DNA from: Ophelia neglecta
Taxonomy: Eukaryota
Direction: 5' to 3'
DNA length: 64,000 nucleotides
Assembly (NCBI GenBank): GCA_965285935.1
Contig: OZ260665.1
Location: 54,622,001 to 54,686,000 of the forward strand
The translations under genes were made by a program, and so were the position numbers. This document shows positions 60,301-64,000 of this stretch, in pieces; position 1 is the stretch's first letter, and each line of letters begins with the position of its first letter. A model generated the notes under the pieces. The model was not told the DNA's origin, searched no databases, and saw only the letters and a program-made list of their open reading frames with translations.

Positions 60301-61039
60301 GTTCTGTCCCCTTCGTTTGAAAAATGGACAAGATAAAATTCGTTCTGGGAATTTCATCGGACAATGATAGAGATGTAGTTATCTTACGCGAAATCAGTTC
60401 CCAAAGACGTCAGTGGTACGACACAGATTAGCTGAGCGTAATTTGATTTTTGTACTTGCGGCTAGTGGACAATTCGAAGGCGGGGATCTGTTATGGCCCT
60501 CAGTGGAATTGTGATCTCCGTGGTTAAGTGAAGTCAGTGTCCGCTAAATCCGGGATTTTAGGCTTTTAAACAACCATTATCTTCCTGCAACTAGAGCAAT
60601 GACCTTTTTTTAAAAGGCTGGATGATGAACTGTGCATGAGACAACAGGATATTGATCTAACGCAGGAAGGGATTACAAGTCACCGACGAGAAACATAAAA
60701 GTTAGCTCTCCAAAATTTGGATTCAGGCAAGAATTATTGCTAAAAGGGTATGAGGATTATGATTTGGACTATTGGGTTATGATTTTGGTTCTCTTTGAGT
60801 TTAATTCTATGTTTAAGTATGGCTAAAGTTAACCAGGTTAAACGTTTAGGTCTAGTTCTTACAGATGGAGGCACGTGATAGGTCCTTGCATAGATTTAAG
60901 GAAAATCCTAAACAATTGCAAACTGCTAGAGTGTTCAGAGACTGTTCCAATGCCAACGTGTCTTTAGTTTTGGTTTCACATTTGTTTTATTCTATATGAT
61001 TCCAAACAGACTAAACACGTAGATAAACAGGTCTAAATA

Positions 61040-62200
61040 TGTCAATTGATCCTGGCTATTATGATAACTTTTGTCGCTATAATTGGCCTTTTTCCATATA
61101 GTGAATTTTCTATATATCTGATAAGTTAGCCTGTCTGTGTTTTGATCCAGATCTTGGTGATGAGTACTAATGACCATAACTAATAAGTGTTCATTGTCTA
61201 TATTGAACCCTTACCCCCCGTGTTGATGCCTTTTATATTATGTGTTTGTTGTTTTATACATTCACAACGTTGGACTTTACCCCGCTCGGGGGAAGTTTTA
61301 GACTCGCGGCAGTCCTCAGTCATGTGACCTATTGTGTGAGCCCTCGTTCTGAGTTTGTGTTCCGGGTATCCATTCTCGTTAGTGATCATGGTTCCTTTCA
61401 GTGTATTTTGTTATGGTTAGGTCTTTAACTGATATTTGTGCGTTTTATTGGACTGCTTTGATTAACAGCTTCTACCTGGCTGGCTGTCTTCGAGGCGAAG
61501 CTATCATTTACCTTGATAATGCCTTACTCAACCGCCAATAAATTGACACTCATTGCCGTTATCGCCTCCTAACCATCTTTATTTCTTTTCACATTGAATC
61601 CAAGTGTGTCATTTAACCTTTAGGTTATATATTTTGCTGTTATTAGCTCGGTTAGGTGATCTTCTCTAATACCTTAATCCAAACACGAAATGGTTCCTCA
61701 TTTGAAATTACATATTTGCAATCCATGTTCGATCAATATGCATATGCACGCTATTTCAGGGACATGCTTAGTGAAATGGCCAGTCAGTATTCTAGGAATG
61801 GAGTATGTCAAATCACTATTTGGACTACTTACTTCTGTTGGTCCGAGTATCCATGTTCCCATTTTGTGGTATTCAATCATATATTGACTGCGTTATTGTG
61901 ATGTTTCAGTCTATCCTACTTTCCCAAAGGATACCCGTGATTATGAACAGAACTTACCTTCATGAAAACAAAGAGCCGGTGTAAAAACCGACACTTTTCT
62001 CGGGGAAGTTTGATGTACTGCTTTTTGGGAAACATAAACTTGTTATCTTCCAATGACAAATTCTATAAAGGATTCCATTTTCCACTAAGTTTATTCCACT
62101 CAGCAACATACATGAACGAATGCTTTGTTGGTATTTAACTCGACATAACAAGGTGGACATTTTTCCTGTTTTATTTAAACCATGCATCTGATTGTGATTA
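61040..62200 (-). pseudogene. Heavily decayed Gypsy-type integrase relic
   Basis: Minus-strand peptides occur in the same order as in the intact pol: LVENGILYR (compare LQLANGVLYQ), ILGP...LTGHFTKH (compare DILKP...CDYFTKW), RLNDTL (compare RFNRT), TDRLTYQIYRK (integrase C-terminus). Many stops and frameshifts. Confidence 0.4.
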
Positions 62201-62541
62201 ACCAGTTAACAAGGAACAATTAATTCGAGATGGGCCTTAAAAAGGTACCATTTATATCAATATTGTATTACAGCATAACCTACTACTCAAAAAAGTTTTT
62301 ATTGGGATGCTAAATGGCATGTATTTATATGTAAAAGCCCTCATTAATTATTGTACCGAAGAGAGAGATAAGTCAAACATGCCGGTCTATGTATCCATTA
62401 TAATAAACCATATTGCTCCTTTTGTTGGGAAGAGGATAAGATAACAATGCCATTTACCTTGGCTGTGTGTCTTGAGAAGGATCTTTAAAACCGGATGGAC
62501 TATCGATGTTACTGAAATACGACTTCCTCTCTCAGTAGATA

Positions 62542-62657
62542 CTTTGCCATTTGGTTCATCTTTGCTCGGGATTACTCAAGTCTTGCGTATTTGGTTCCCT
62601 TTTGCTCGGGATTACTCAGCCCTTATCCATTTGTTTTCCCATTTGCTCGGGATTGCC
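62542..62657. repeat. Minisatellite, 3 x about 40 bp with core TTTGCTCGGGATT
   Basis: Core at 62561, 62601 and 62642, each preceded by ATTTG(G/T)TT. Confidence 0.85.
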
Positions 62658-63575
62658 TTTCTTATGTTGGGTTTGGTCTCCTGGCCATTCGTTTGTAGTT
62701 CACTGGCAAGGTAACATAATTGCCGACCGTCTGCCGTTGTTTGACCTGTACGGATCTCGGTTGTTGCTCTCCGCGCTGCACATGCCTTGTAAACTTTAGT
62801 AAATGATAATGTCGTCATGTCCTTTTTCTTATGGCATGGCCCTAAATGAAGTAAGGTCCGAAAATCCTGTCATTTTTCACGCCCGAGGCTGGCACCTAGC
62901 ACCGAGTACCTGTCAAATGTTCGGTGAACGAATTTTACCGGCTGGGGCCGTGATAAAATACCAGAACTCTCCAGTAATAGAAATTTATGGTTAAGAAATC
63001 CTCTGCAACAACTCATTTCAATTTTTCCTGTCTGTCGGGGGCAGGAGATGTGTTTTGTGCCAATTGTGCATGACGATGAAGAATTCCCTGGTCACTACTT
63101 AGGGGTGTACAGATACCCTCTGATAGATTGGCCGTTGGAGGTATCGTTATTTTTCATATCGCGGGAAACTTCACTATCGCTGCTAACACTATACATATAT
63201 AAGTTTATTCATTAGGATAAGGACTTAATTGAAAGAAAGACACCGTGTTCTGACTTTTCCAATATAGAGCAATGTTTATTGGCCATTTATAAATCTGTTT
63301 GAATTTTAAGCGTGTGATTTTGACGAAAAAGACAAATATAATATATTGGCAAATGTCTTCTTGTTCATGAAAGAAATGTATACAGTAAGCTCTCGCAGTC
63401 GCCCTTCTATAGAAATACGTGTTGAAACACACAATGTTATAGAAGCCAGGCTGGTACTTCCTCGAATGGAAAACAAATCAATACATTAGATTTTGTCGTA
63501 GTCTGGATACATGGCAAAATGCTACATTTACCCTCCAGAGAGCTATATTTACCTTAAAGAATATTGATGTACATG

Positions 63576-63596
63576 TATATATATATATATATATAT
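63576..63596. repeat. (TA)10 microsatellite
   Basis: Directly visible. Confidence 0.9.
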
Positions 63597-64000
63597 GTAT
63601 GTGGCTGCTGTTGCAATGCTGCAATTCTGATAAGTTTAAAGATTGCGCCTTTGACCCGTTCGGGAAATATTTGCTATAAGCCATAAGAACGGTGTCGTAC
63701 AAAGAGATTCATCCATCTCCCTTACCCCCTGGTCATTCCCTTACCACGTGATACATAAAGTAGTACCTCAAATTCCAACTAAAATCAGCCCATTAATCAC
63801 TGAGGGGTGCAGGTGACCGACCTGGCCACCTGAATGCACTAAGTCCCATAGCAGTTTACTCAACCTCCGTGGATTTATGGGCCTGGGTATGGCAGCTCTG
63901 AGTAATTGCAATGGTGGAAGATAAGAAAGCTGCGTGTTATGGTATCTGTGATCATTGTGGGCGTACTTTTATTGCAGTTGATGCTTGGCAACAATCCAGT

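Larger units (their letters stand above)
44495..64000 (+). other. HCN intron (over 19.5 kb); the next coding exon (expected xFYWD plus the S1 helix) was not found in the window
   Basis: GTGAGT donor at 44495; no HCN-like translation seen downstream. Confidence 0.65.

Noticed and set aside
62297-62347. FYWD-encoding sequence after an AG, superficially the expected next HCN exon
   Set aside because: It is preceded by an A-run rather than a pyrimidine tract, and the junction codon would be Ser instead of Arg. The peptide FYWDAKWHVFICKSPH stops after 16 codons and lacks the hydrophobic S1 helix.
62542-62657. CRISPR-like repeat-spacer pattern
   Set aside because: The context is eukaryotic, the 'spacers' are homologous to each other, there are only three units, and there are no cas genes.

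Overview
AT-rich, intron-like animal genomic DNA. The HCN sequence is of invertebrate type, so the source is probably a protostome, but the taxon cannot be fixed from this window. Two things are clearly coding. (1) A complete, apparently very young Ty3/Gypsy LTR retrotransposon (35276-42731, + strand). It has two 427-bp LTRs that are identical by eye, a 4-bp CATG TSD, a tRNA-His PBS, gag, a -1 frameshift signal into PR-RT-RH-IN pol, and a PPT. In the position where env would sit there is a third ORF (41565-42050). It encodes a small soluble two-finger C2H2 zinc-finger protein with its own splice acceptor and an optimal Kozak context. (2) A large N-terminal coding exon of an HCN/Ih channel gene (43422-44494). 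Its likely splice acceptor lies only about 210 bp downstream of the 3' LTR, in the same orientation. The rest is non-coding. It includes a decayed ~2.3-kb inverted-repeat structure, tandem duplications of different ages, eroded LINE and Gypsy relics, and micro/minisatellites. The best candidate for an undescribed system is the Gypsy element's C2H2-ZF accessory gene. It appears expressible from a spliced subgenomic RNA using a splice donor inside the LTR, and that donor could also splice onto the HCN exon. All comparisons were made by eye; no searches were run.
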